This document shows positions 1 to 30,594 of a DNA stretch of 64,000 bases, piece after piece. Positions within the stretch are counted from its first letter, which is position 1; the number at the start of each line of letters is the position of its first letter. Under the pieces are notes generated by a model that had not been told where the DNA came from, ran no database searches, and saw only the letters and a program-made list of their open reading frames with translations. This DNA is from Chrysomallon squamiferum (taxonomy: Eukaryota > Animalia > Mollusca). The DNA is taken from contig CM022668.1 in NCBI GenBank assembly GCA_012295275.1, positions 558,001 through 622,000 of the forward strand, given 5' to 3'. Position numbers and translations under genes: made by a program.

Positions 1-1352
1 CTGAGGAGTGTCATTTATTTTCCTGCTTGCTAGACTGCCAGCTTTCATGCTAGTGTAAGTAAAATGTCCTTTAAACAGAGGTTGTAATTATGCACAGTGG
101 TCACTTTTCACAGTTTCTGTATAATTTAAAATGGCCGTTATGAATTCAAACATTCCTTTGTGAAGGCAAGAGAAAAATAAATGACATTTATCTTTAATTT
201 GTTTATTTGCTAATTCATTCATTTATTTTATTAAGTTTGTTTCTTTATTATATTTTTAATTTATTTTTATTTGTCCATTCATTCACTTTATTTCTTTATT
301 TAATTTTGTATGTGTGCGTGCATGAATGCATGTGCACACGTGTGTTGTGTGTGTGTGTTTTTTTGTATGTTTGTTTGTTGTTTTTGAATTCCTATTGTTT
401 TGGGTATATACATTCTTTGATTGGTTTTTGTTAGTCCTGACATGAGGTGTATCACAAACTATCTGTTTGTTAACAAGGCTAAAATAAGAGGAACTGAAAA
501 CTTGTGAAAACTGACCCATGTATTTTTTATTTAAAAAAAACAAACAACAAAACAACTTATCACTGTATGCATGGCTTATTTATTGTTTTTGTGAACAGTG
601 ATTAGATTTTGAGGTTATTTGATTAAAAGATACTGCCTCATGCTTAAAGAAAAAAGATTAAATTTATTATCATAAATATATATTGTATAGGTACATCTTG
701 ATCAGCAGATAAGAGGGTGAGCAATATAAATAGAGAGAGAGAGAGAGAGACTGACAAAGAAAAAGCAAAATAAAGAGAAATAGATTAAGTAGAGAGAGAG
801 AGAAAAAACGTTAGAGAGAAAAAAGAGATCTTTTGTGAATTAATCTCTGCTTTATTTATTTACTTGTATATATAAAAGCTTTTTTTTTGGTAAGATTAGT
901 GAAACTGCACATATAATTGAAGTATGTTTGCATACACTTGATACAAATTTAGTTCTGCTTTCAGAGTTTTTTTTATCTATTCTCTTCTGAATATATGTAT
1001 CTCATAAATTATAGAAATTTTATTATGCAAGAAATTATGTTTCATCAAAGCATGTTTTTGTTTGATAATCTTAATCCTTCCTTTCTTTTAAAAAAAAAAT
1101 AATGGTGGAAACCAGGGTATAAATACATGTAAAAAGGAAAGATAGATGCAAAGTCAGCTAAATGTAAACAAACAAGCAAAAAATATTTCTTTTGTAAATG
1201 TTTTTCTTACATAAAACTTTACAAAGTTTATTGGGATATGATCATCTTACTGTTAATATTATACCTATTTTTATTGATTGTAATTAATTTATTTGTGTAT
1301 TTATGACTTTCTGGTTTAAATATTATAAACAATAATATTTTTCTAATTTCAG

Positions 1353-8232
<6,880 letters not shown>

Positions 8233-9472
8233 AACATAACCTCATTATGTATATACATCAGATTCACTATATCTAGCTCAATAACAAATCACTGATTTGG
8301 TCAAATTCTTGAGGTTTTTGTATGGATAATCTGATTGGATGATCTCTGATAGCAAGAAGGAATTGGAAGGCCTTTTTCAAATTGTTAAAGTTGCACTGAT
8401 TTGTTTAATAAACTCTTTACACTGATGTGTAAAACATGATTATGTACTGAATCATGTCATTGTATATATGTGTGTGCATACCAGTGTTTTTCTTAGTGAA
8501 GAATCATATTTTTTCTACGGGGGGTTACATTCATCGTTAACATGTTGTGCTTGAACAAATATTTTTAAATAAAAATTTACTTATTGCCAAACCCAGTAAT
8601 ACAGAAGAATCAGATAAAAAGGTTAACAAATTTCATCCTTAGACAATCCCATAATATATTATGGAATTGCCCTTAAAATACCATTTTACCATTCAGTACT
8701 TATTCTTCTTCATTAGTTACATTTTATTAGTCATTCATTTGTGGCAATATTTACAAAACATATTTTGAAATCAGATGTATTAAATTTAGAAATGGGGAGA
8801 CAAATTAGTAAAAATAAAATATAAATAAAAGTCTATAAAAATGTATTGAAGTGAGATGTGAGTTAATTGTTTTCCCTGAATGTCTCATTTTATTGTGTTC
8901 ACTCTTATAGGATTCCTGAGTTACTTTTTATTTTCATTCTTTTTGTAATACTACATGTTTCAGCTGATAGGTTAAAAATAACTAAGATATGTTTGAATGT
9001 TTTGGTTAACAATAACATGACTGAATGTTTCACTATTAAATAATTTAAATAGTGTAGTGGACACATACTGGTATCGGTTTTGAAATAAATCAATAAAAAA
9101 GGTTTTACATTTGTAACTCTTTATTTATATCATCATCATACAAAAAGGTTGTGTTCATTTTTAGAAGGTGAAACCAAATGTTTTATACTGTTTTTCTGTG
9201 TTAGGCTCTCTCTTACCAGATAAGTTATATTATAATCTGTATTTTTAAATTCTGTCATTAAAATAACTAATTAAATTACCAAAGTAATTGTGTAAATAAA
9301 TAGTTAATTACAATACAGTAATTTAAAATAAGTTTACTTCAAATTAAAGTACACTGAACATTTTATTTTTGACTCAGGTTATTTAACAATTCTGAAGATG
9401 TCAAAATTTAGCTTCTGTACGGTTAGCAGATATATCTTTGCTCTGTTTTGGTTTCCTAATTCTTATTTTGAT

Positions 9473-9630
9473 TTGAAGTGAAATTCAGACTCAGTTGTAG
9501 GTGAAAAGCTTTTCCAAGTGTAAGTTAAAATCTATACCAAGTGTAGGTGAAAATGTATTCAATGTATAGGTGATAATCTGTACTACTTGCAAGTAATATT
9601 CTGTCAAAGTTATTGGTGAAATTCTAACCC
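9473..9630. repeat. Degenerate 23-bp tandem repeat, about 7 units (consensus near TGTAGGTGAAAATCTATACCAAG)
   Basis: Units start at 9473, 9496, 9519, 9542, 9565, 9588 and 9611, an exact 23-bp period. Confidence 0.85.
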
Positions 9631-10089
9631 TGCTTATGTTTCATGACATTTAAAAGGTATTCCAGTGATGTATAAATTGATAAATACTTTAATTTATTCT
9701 CATTTTATTAGATGTATTCATTTTATTTTTCTTTACTTTAATTTTACTTTCTTTCTATTTAAAATTTAGCATTTTGTTTTGTATATTTGCTAACTCACAT
9801 ATATAAATAGTTTTGTATAGTGTATTTCATATTGTGGAATTTTACAGTCATCTTTAATTTTTCAGTGACAGTTGATGTGTTTAGATTCCTGAAAAACCTG
9901 TTTAATGTGGACTGAAATCAATTACAAATCATAGAAAAATCACTGAATGTAACATTAACCTAATAGAGGGTAAAATATATATAAATAAATAAAAGAAAAA
10001 ATTGATAATAAATACATAATCTGGTTTATGTGGAAGGGTAGGATAATTTTCCAGTGTGTCTAAATTATTCATTGTAATTAGTTTTTTCA

Positions 10090-10120
<31 letters not shown>

Positions 10121-11860
10121 ACACATACAAGCATGCAATTTTTTAAAATTCTGTATGTTGGTTCACATCTCTGTATAAGAAATGCCTTCACATATGTCTC
10201 ATTATATTTTGTAATTAAATATTTAATTACTAATGTTAGTAATCATTAAAAATAAACTGAAAAAAGGAATCTATATATTATACTGTAAATCAAATTTAAT
10301 AAAACTAAATATGTCCCATTTGAGGTCACATAATTTATAACATACACGCAATAATTATATATTAACAATGTTGAATAATTTCAAAAATTTCAAAATATTT
10401 TATACGTTACATATAACTATCTGTCTATGTGTCAGTCTAAAATACAGCTTATGTCCAATTCATGTTAAAACACAAATTTACTTTTGTTTTAGTACCAACA
10501 CTTTGAATAGTGACTTCTAATTTGTGGAGTTTGAAAATAATGTAACTAGGTCACAGAAATTAATTTTGTTAATTAACTGTTGTTTTATATTATGACTGAA
10601 AGACCAAATCAGAATCAGAAATCATTTTCGATTTTAATTTTTTAATGAATTGGCAAATCACACTATATCTATGATTGATTATTTACATTTTTTGATTTTG
10701 TAATTAATTAATACTTTGAATCTTTGATTATAATTATATGCAAATGAAGTGCCATGATGAAGAAATGTTAAACATTTGTGTGTGTGCTTGTATGGTGGTA
10801 ACAAAAAAGTTTTGAAAGTTAAAAAAATAAATTTTATCAGATTGTAAAATATTTAGAAAATACATATTTTTTAATTCTGCTAATATATTGTTTAACTTTT
10901 ATTTGCCTTGATAACAAACATACATAATAATAAATAATAATTTAAAACAAAATATAAAAATCATGTTCTCATACTGTTTAAATAATTTAAAATATTTTTA
11001 AATATATTTTATAATTTTCTTTATATCAATTTGATTATATATTATAATTTCCTACACCTTTGTATTGTGCATTGTTTTTGCTATTGTTACTATTATTTTA
11101 TTTTTCAATTTATTTTGCATACAATATTTTTATTGTAAAAGAGTAAGATCAAATATTTGAATTACCTAAATACAGTTATTTAGAAATAAGAAACAAAATA
11201 ATAAATGGTTATTCATTACACAATTTCTACTATTATTACTATTATTAATAATTATCTTATAATTTCACAAGCATATAAATAGATTAAGTGCATATATGTA
11301 ATTACTAATTCATAATAATCACTTAGAACTATATTCCCACACTATCTCCACAATCCCCCATAATATAAATAAAAATGCTCATTTTAATGAGTAACCATAT
11401 TTTTGATTTTTTTTTTTTTTTAATACTGAGTGTATATATAAATATTTGATAAAATGTTGAATTATTATAACTGGTATGTAATATTTTAGTAGATGCAAAT
11501 AAATAAAACCTTACTAACAAACCAGATTAAAAAGATCACACAGACATAAGCGCCTTAATAAGACACTATCTGTAGTCAAAATCATGCAAGTTGAAAAAAT
11601 ACTAGGAGAGTTTTGTTCTTTTATATTTATGTACTTCCTTTTTTTATTTTATATGACATAGAACAAGAAATTTTCTATTATTTTTTTTAAGCCTTTATTT
11701 GTATGTTATTTATGCACCAAGAGTAATTTCTTGTGTGACTACATACCTTAGAAGACAGTGTCTGCCTTACAAAATCGAAAATAGTTTCCTCTACCATTTC
11801 ACTATTTTTGTACTTGTATTCACCCATGCAGTTTGAAAATAAGTGAACAAATTAAATATA

Positions 11861-12175
11861 TTGACCCTTCCAATGTTAGAAAAAACACACACATTTACCC
11901 TAAAGGGTTACTAATTGCAATGTGTTCTGAAAATATTAAATTTATGTTTCTTAAACATACTAACTGAAAATATTATCCTAATAATGTTAAAGGCAGAACA
12001 TTAAAAAAATTAAAAATGATTAAAGATATTCAATATTTGTTAATAAAGAAAGAAAAAAAGGTAATGTTTTTTTTTCTTCTTCTTTATTCCTTTCCTTTGT
12101 TTCTTTTTTTAATTTTTTTTTTTAAAACTGCATATCTCAGAAAGGATTAACATTACAAAGCACTGAAAGGGTTAA
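11861..12175. mobile_element. piggyBac-like non-autonomous element (MITE), about 307 bp between TTAA-type target sites
   Basis: Left end TTGA-CCCTTCCAATGT versus reverse complement of right end TTAA-CCCTTTCAGTGC; all four differences are transitions. TTAA|CCC...GGG|TTAA is the piggyBac end signature. No coding capacity. Confidence 0.5.
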
Positions 12176-13253
12176 TGTAGAACAAATGACCAGTGGTTTA
12201 CTATGTAACCAAAACATATCAGAGCATTATGAAAAGTGTACTTTGTATCTGTATGTCTAGGGATTCAAATAATATTTTTAAAAAAAGAAGAAAAATTAAA
12301 TTAAAATACTAACTCTTCCTGTGTTTGTGTTTTTATTTATTATGAAGCCAAAAAGGAGAAAATCAGATATAAAATTCCTTTTCCGTTAATGCTCTCTCTC
12401 ATACCAGAATTATTTTGAATAATTCAAGCCTTTTTTGTTTTAATTAACAAAAGCTGTGAGAAAATTTGAACTAAAAATGTCTGTTGACTATTTCCTGAAG
12501 CTGAATTAGCTAGTTAATTATATCTGCTGAGTAATTTAAATAGATAATTAATTCCATGCACTGGTGAATGATTATACTTGTATAAGAGGATGTGATATAA
12601 TTGTGTTATTTATCTGCCTGCAGTTAAAAACTGAGTGACAAATATCTTCTCTATTGTATTATTTATACTTTTCCTTTTCCATTCTTAATTTGTTTGGGGT
12701 TTTTTGTAAATTACTTGTTCATTTTCTGTTTATTTTTTTATATCCTGCAATAGATTAAAACATATTTTTAATTTAAATTGTTACCCCTTATTTATTCTTA
12801 CTTTTTTTTAATATCCAACTCCTTTTTTTTTTTCTCTCATCCAGTACATTTCACTGTTGTTAGCTCTTTCACTCCAATCACATGATCTACATTTATCTTT
12901 ATATCATCTATCCTGCTATCTAAATATATATTTAATAAACAGATTGTTGTTTAAATGTATGCAGATACATAATCTGTCTCTGTTGTGTTTTTCCTGCGTG
13001 TGTGTGTGTATATATATATAACCAGAGAACAGGATTCCATTTACTGTATTTTTCATATACAACTTATATAGATAGACTGCAGGATTTTTGTTATTATTGT
13101 TTTTGTCTTTTTTATATATTTTTATTTTATTATTATTATTTTTTAAATATATTATTCATGAAATAAAGTTAAACCATCCGAAAGAATGTAAGATATCACC
13201 ATTTCGGCTGCTTGCAAACAGTTTCAGATTTTCGAATTTTGGATCCTTAACCT

Positions 13254-13287
<34 letters not shown>

Positions 13288-13515
13288 GACATACACACAT
13301 ATGTTAATTACTCTGTTTAAAGGAGGTTTATTTTTGTTTAATTTAGTTTAGCTCTAAATAATTCTGTTTTATTTATTATTAATAACTAGTTTTACTTCAT
13401 TTATTTTTTACACTGGTGATGTTTGTTTTGTTTGGGTTTTTTTGTTGTTGTTTTTATTGTTTTTTTTGTAGTTTTTTCCCATTAAGAGTGATATAACAGC
13501 AAGGGAGGAGGGGGG

Positions 13516-13518
<3 letters not shown>

Positions 13519-13579
<61 letters not shown>
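13519..13579. repeat. (GA)n microsatellite preceded by a G-run
   Basis: Direct inspection. Confidence 0.95.
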
Positions 13580-13581
<2 letters not shown>

Positions 13582-14358
13582 AATAACATCCCTGACTGTA
13601 ACCAATTAAATAAATAAAGATGAATGAACGAATGAATGAATAAACAAATAAAGTAGAAACAGCGCATGACTAACGATTATTCCACAGTGGAAAAATCTGA
13701 TCAAACGCATTATTTAAAAAAAAAAAAAAATTCACCAAACGTTTACGTGGGCAAGGTCCGTTATCGGGTTGGAATTACCTCACAGTGACAGTCGTATGGG
13801 AATGCTTTCTGGGCATTTGTATTAACGTGACAAATGTTTATTTCTCCTAGGCTGAAAGCAGACATGCAGACAAAACTACGACCTTGGGGACATACTTTCC
13901 ACAAAAGTTGCCGTTAATTGTGACATTTGGTGGTGCTGTTTTACTTAACGTTGTGTTTACTGGATAATTTTATTTAATATTCTTCTCAAGAGAGTCTGAC
14001 CACTGTCAGGGAAAACTTATCTTTTGGTTTCTCTCAACTATAAAAATAACATTGAGGACGATGACGACGACGATGATTATTAAAAGGATAGAGTAAATGA
14101 CCATGCCTCTATAACCTGAGCCGGATTAAAATACCTGTTCATGCCTCTGCACAACTGCTGCTATGAAGATACATAAATAAAGAAAGAAAGAAAGAAAATG
14201 AAGGAAAGAGCAGAAAATTAAAATAAGAAATAATAATAATTAAAAAAAAGAACAGAACATTAATATAATAAAGAAAGAAAGAAAAGAAAATAATTTCGGT
14301 TAATCTCTTCGGACCCTAAATGCTTTAATTCGACAGTAGCTGTAACCTATATCACTAC

Positions 14359-14408
<50 letters not shown>

Positions 14409-15211
14409 CTTAATAAATAAATAAATAGATAAATAAATAAATAAATGTTATATGAATTTTTCAACATTTCATTAACACTAAAGCTGACAGAACGAATTTT
14501 TGTAATATATTTTACTACACGTTCGAGTAATTATAAAGCTAACATTTCCATTAGCACAAAGAGCCTCTGTGGGTACAGCTAATATGAGCATTTGTTTATA
14601 TTGAATTTCCTGGTTTTATCTGTCTTTATGGCAACACTAAATTTTCGTTTTAACGTAAGCTGCAGTGTGAAAGATGTAAGATGTAATATTTTTGTTGACA
14701 TTAAACATGGACTTTAATTTACCATATACATAAACTGTTCTTTTTTATTTTATTAATAATATCGTTTTATTTTTTTCAATTATTATTATTATTTTTTTTT
14801 CATTCTTTATTCTTTTCCTCTTCCTTTTGTAAACATATTCTTTCATTTAAATAGGTAAGTGTTTGTGTGTATGCGCATGTATATATTTTATATAAACGTG
14901 CTGATGTTCGCATGTTTATTTATACAACACACAGTACTGAATTTGAATTTGGTGAGGCCTCATAATGAAAAAAAAAAAAAAATGTTTTAACATTATTAAA
15001 TAAAAAAAGGTGAGAGTTGTTGCCTAAATATTTTACTGAATTTTAAGCACCTGTGCTTTGGGAGACCCTAAGAAGTAGCTTGCTTTGTTTATGTCTAAAT
15101 ATGGCACTTACATGACGATGATGATGATGATTTAATAATGATCATACTATGTGTGTTTATGTGCGAGCGTCTGTTTTGTATGTTTTTGTATGCATATGTA
15201 TTAATAATCTA

Positions 15212-15216
<5 letters not shown>

Positions 15217-15293
<77 letters not shown>
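15217..15293. repeat. (GA)n microsatellite
   Basis: Direct inspection. Confidence 0.95.
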
Positions 15294-15878
15294 CTCGTGT
15301 TTTGAAAACGCTAAGTAATTAAATTGGATAATTCGGTTTTTACACATTTTTATTTATATTTAATATATTTTATATTATAAAAGGGCTTACGAAATGAAAA
15401 AGATTGTTGGAATTGGGTTTCAAATAAAAATGTTATATAGATGATTATACTTAGATGTGTCATTTGTAGAAGACATAATCATTAGCCATTCTTCTCGGTG
15501 TTCAATATGCACCACCGTGTAAGTGTTCATGACGACAACTTTGATTGAGTACGAAATGGACAGTTTAGATCGAGACTAACAAGGTTAGATAGACGCTGAC
15601 AAGCTTTTATCTGCTGTCAGAGTTGGTATTCAATGGCGCTGTGCTTCTGGGATTCTGATCTCTGGTCTGTTGTAGGCGAGTGTTTAGGAACGGATTCTCG
15701 TTTTGAATGACTGATTCAATTAAATGTCGTATGTCCAGCAATCAGAGGTAATTAAATAGCGGTGGAGGACCTCTCAAGACGTCAGAGGTCACGATCGTGA
15801 AGTTTCACGTTTTCTTACTGACGTGACACTTAAGAAAGTGGATGAGCAAGAACCTCATTACGTTTGTGTTATTCTTCT

Positions 15879-15957
<79 letters not shown>
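15879..15957. repeat. (AG)n microsatellite
   Basis: Direct inspection. Confidence 0.95.
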
Positions 15958-15960
<3 letters not shown>

Positions 15961-18036
15961 TATAATAAATGGAATTCTCACTTTGTCTTTTATGTTTCGA
16001 ACCCCCAGCAAATGTTATCAGATCTATTCGAATACATCAAAACTGTTTTGTTCGGCAGTGTAGTATAATACATACATTACATTTAACCGAGTGTTGATTA
16101 TGACGTCAGGTATGGTTCGTGTCATGACCTTGATTATTCTATTACGAAATATTCAAATTGTTTATTTCTTCTGCTTTTATTTTATCGAAACAAATGGAAT
16201 AATAATGGAAACAATTTTTTCATAAACATTTAAAAATTCAATTAGATTTCAGTTAATATTATTTTTAATATAATATTTCAAATATGGAATAGTTACGGTT
16301 AAGCAATGAAAAATGAAAAGTATTATGGCTGGAAAGTAGGCTTTGTAACAACTTGAAGAGAAAAATATAATTCGGCCACCTCGTCTGACTGCGATCGGTT
16401 TCTGTCAGTGGTAAAGTGCTTCCACCGAAACTGGTGACAATTTATCTATTGTCTTAGTAGTGTTGTGCATGTTCATGAGTCAGTCGCGGTTCACTTCATA
16501 GCTGGAGTTATTTAGTACATTGTTGAACTATGTTTTAAAAAAAGAAAAAAAAAATTAGATTTAAACTTTTTGACCAGTTTAAAAAATTAGTCTGTATGAA
16601 TGTGTTTGTGAATCTGAATGACGTTTTTTGTGTTAAAAAAGGAGAAGATAGTGGAATTAAATTAAGCCATTTGTTATTAGTGAGTTTGAAAACATAATTT
16701 TTCAAGTGAAATGAAAGTGGGTTGGTATTGCTGGTTGTCAGTTAAATGCACATACATCACCATAAAGAGGAAGTAGTAGTAATAATAATAATCAATATCA
16801 TCATCATCATCATTATTATTACACGAAGAAGAAGAATTCAAATATATACGGACTATTATAACTTTTAAATTCAATATTTTATTTTATATTTATCAATTGT
16901 ATGTCTATTGGTATGTATGTATGTATGTTTGTTTGTTTTATTTAGTACTATGTATGTATGTGTGTGGATGTATTGCCGATGAACCTTTGTATATGATAAA
17001 AACACTTCTCTCTCTGGTACACATACACGTTCATGAACTATTTGCTCGAAACATATCATTCACATATATGTGAGATTCAGTTCATGCGCAAGATCTATTT
17101 TACTTGATGATGTCATCAAAATGGCAGAAGATAAGCAGTGAGATTGAGAATATTTATAATTCAAGAGTATCACACACATTTTTATTCCAGAACAGCTTTG
17201 GAATGAATATCAGTTTGTCACGAGACTACAGCGTTAATCAAATAACCAGTTTACTCGATAGAAAGATAAACACATTTATTTAATAAAACACAGATCTACA
17301 TAACTTATTCATAAAGTCGAAGCAGTAAAATTATTGTTTGGTAAACTTCAAGTTGAAAAATTTCATGACATTGTAGTTTTGTTAAATATATTTTTACTAA
17401 CATCTGTTGACTTTTTTTTTCTCTTCGATAGAACATTACCAAAATGTGGTTTTAACTTCGTAGATATTTTAGCAACTCTTAATAGAACAGTGTAGAGATT
17501 ACATATTTTTAGTTATGCTCGCACTGATAACTTAAACATTGTCTCGTCACAATTTTATTTTCGTCCCTTTTTAAAACAAAAAACATTCAGTTACAACAAC
17601 AAAAAATCAACAAACAAAAAAGTAATAATAAGAAGAAAATAAATAAATAAATATATAAACCGAGAGAAATTTACAATATCTGATAAATATTAAAATCAGC
17701 TTGATAATCATGCACTGTTTGATTTTAACATTTTAATTAACTTTAGTGATTACAATACGAAAACCGAATCCGTATGGTTTTATGTTTAGATTAATGTAGC
17801 AGAAAATAATTTTTTTTTTATGTTTTGTTTTCATGCTAAACAGTAAGGAAATTAAATGGGAAATTACAATCTTTAATCTGATTTGTTTCACAATAAAACT
17901 TTAATTACTTAAACAAAGATGTTTGTCGACACGTGCTATTTTTATTTATTTATTTTTTCGAACATTTCAAATTTTTCTTTCCAGAAAAGTCTTTTAAAAA
18001 CTTTTTCACCAACATTCACCATATCATGCATTACTA

Positions 18037-18069
18037 AATAATAATAATAACAACAACAATAACAACTAC

Positions 18070-18140
<71 letters not shown>
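18037..18140. repeat. (AAT/AAC)n trinucleotide microsatellite
   Basis: Direct inspection; similar AAT tracts recur near 22.4, 28.05, 42.2 and 52.97 kb. Confidence 0.93.
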
Positions 18141-18141
<1 letters not shown>

Positions 18142-18889
18142 GAAGTTTAAAACTACAAATGGTTTAAAAAAAAAACAACTAATAATAAGACTACTTTCAT
18201 GGAATCAGAATGATTAGTTAAGCACAGGCCATCATGTGACATAAACTAAATCCATGTTTAGCGTTTTGCGTTATATCGATAATACTTTGTTGTTGTTGTT
18301 TTTTGTTGGTTGTTTTTTTTTTTTTTTTTTCGTTAATGTTAATAACAGAATACTACAGAAATTTGCTAAGAAAAGAAAAAAAGAAAGTAAAAAAGAAAGG
18401 TTTATATTGTTCTGTTTCTTTCTTTAGAAAGGTATCTAGCGTAGACCAGAGCACTCTGATGTTTTGAAACAACGCCTTCATTTGAAGACATCTTTTTTAC
18501 GATATATAAATATAAGCGGTATTGCGACGGCATCACGAATGCGTATTATATAAATTATGGCAAAATAATAAATTTTACAACACTAAAACATTGTTAGCAT
18601 AAATATTTATATTTTAAAAGAAACATGAGTCCATAATTCGATTAATTAATTTTTTCTTTTGTGTTTATTAATGTTTTCTTCTAATAATTCTTCTTATTTT
18701 TTACAACATTCTTTAGCATTAAAATCCCAAACGAATTAAAAAGGTGACCATGATTTTTCTTCTGTGTGTTGTTTCTTCATTCAGATAATCTGTGTTCTCC
18801 TGTTATATAGATTCCACTTTTCTGATGTTACTCTCCAAAGTTATTGTGGACGAAATTTGGATGGTTTATGGTATCCAGTGTTAGAAACT

Positions 18890-27894
<9,005 letters not shown>

Positions 27895-27972
27895 TCTCTG
27901 AGCGAAGTTCTGAAAAAAGCACAGTATTATGTTTTCACAATCCTGTTATATTTATATGAAGACAGACATATT

Positions 27973-28005
<33 letters not shown>

Positions 28006-28044
28006 TTAAAATTTGTCTGATAGCTTTATGAAGAGAAAACATTA

Positions 28045-28106
<62 letters not shown>

Positions 28107-28504
28107 TCCTTAGATAATTTTATAAAACAATAACTAAGTCTGTTTCATTAACTAAAATTATATATTTATTTATTTATTTATTTATTATTATTTGTTTTTA
28201 TTTATTGCGACTTTTAGCTATATTCACTTACGGTAGAATGACGGCTATTACAGTGTAATTCCCTATACAGTTTAATAACCTCAAGGTCAACGTCATACAG
28301 TCTCTCAGGAGACATTAAAATTAAATTTATTTGAAATATTTTCTTATGTAGAGTGATTCCTGCTCGGTGGATTTCACTCTATGGTCTACTTCAATTCTCC
28401 TAACCAGATTATAGTCTCGCGAGATTATGTTAAGTAATTACTGTCTCGCGAGATCTCAGATGTCATTCAGTTTCTGATTTTATATGTGAGAAAAACATAT
28501 TATA

Positions 28505-28549
<45 letters not shown>

Positions 28550-28758
28550 TAATTAAATTAAATTAAAATAATGAAAATTCAACAAGCTAAAGAGAGATAG
28601 AAAATAACTGAAAGTATAAAACAAAACGTAATAAATAAATAAATATAGAATAAAAGTAATAATAATAATAATAAAATATATAAACCTAATAACACTGTAA
28701 TACATAAACACATACACACCCTACCTACTTACTACATACCTACGTATACACATATACA

Positions 28759-28849
<91 letters not shown>

Positions 28850-29353
28850 CGCAAAAGTAGTTGCAGACGAAGGGAATATTTTGGCTAAATGCATTAATTT
28901 GTATTTCTTTCATCCATTCCTCATTGCTTTTTTCCTCAAGTTGCTTGGAATTAGGAGACACAGGATAACACTATTACAGATAAGACACTTGACACCATTA
29001 ATCAGCTTCACGTCAGAACGTGACAAGAAAGACTGAGATTTGTGTTAGGAAGGAGGGATGAGGAAGTAAGAGTACAAACGACAAGAAGGTGCTAGCTCTA
29101 AATTGTTTTACTCTCAGTAATCACGTGACAACAGGCGCTAATTCAGTGGACGCACGATTCAGGAATTGGGATGTCAAGAAACAATGAGGACACGTAATCA
29201 TGTTGCTAGTGAAACGTTTGGTTATCATGGACTGCTAACTTGGTATTTTACAATAATTATAACTTCTCTGTATGAACATGTTAAATGTATCACAAATCAC
29301 TCTGTCTCTGTCTCACTCTCAGTCTCACTCTCAGTCTTTTCTTTTTCTTTCTT

Positions 29354-29580
<227 letters not shown>

Positions 29581-30454
29581 TCAACCACATTGATTTATCA
29601 AATTTCGGACTGCCGTCCAAAATACTGATTATTTATGATTGTCAGATATTTTTGTTGTAGTTTTTACTTAACCAGTATTCAAAAATAAGGTTCAATAGTT
29701 TGTTGTTAACAAGTCTGAGTGTTGGTCTAACGCATAATATTGTCAATTCTCACACCTACGCAATTTATCTTAACATCTTTTGTCTATTCAGTGCAGCTAA
29801 AGGTGTATTCAAACGGAGCGACTCGAACTAATAATGCAGACATCTGGCATAAAGAGAAAGTTTACATTGTTAAAGATCGCACAGGAAAGAGAAGTAATTT
29901 GTTTTGCGTGTGTGCATGTCTGTATGAATGAATGTATGTGTGGGGTTGTATTTATATGTATTTATGTATGTATGTATGTATGTGTTTGTGTGTGTATGTA
30001 TGTATGTATGTATTTGTGTGTGTATGTATGTATGTGTGTATATATGTTTGTATGTATGCATGCATGTATGTATGTATATGTGTGTATGTATATGTTTATA
30101 TTAATGAATGACGGTACTAAAACTGGTACATTTCTTTATGCCTACCTGTCAGACAAATCATCTAGTGTTAGAGAACCTATTGGCCTGAGACTTCACTGAG
30201 CAGCAATTTGGCCACTCCTACTTAAAGCCATTTTGTGGAATTGTTCACGTGCTCTAGCAATTTGAATACCAAATTCTCAGAGCGAATATCAACTGGACAG
30301 TGAACAAAATATCTTCCAGCACAAATTTAATTAAAGACAGTTACTAAATGTTGGTGCTGTAATAAGGACTTCGTAATAAGAAAGAAGTTGAGAAATTTGA
30401 AGTAATAAGTTTTCACATGTTTATTATACGTTTTTGAGGAGGGAAGAACATAGG

Positions 30455-30594
<140 letters not shown>

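Noticed and set aside
9473-9630. CRISPR-like regular periodicity
   Set aside because: Contiguous diverged tandem units with no unique spacers, in a eukaryotic context with no cas genes.
15480-15830. Complex CpG-containing block between the two genes as a possible exon
   Set aside because: No convincing frame with paired splice sites; more likely regulatory, but unsupported.
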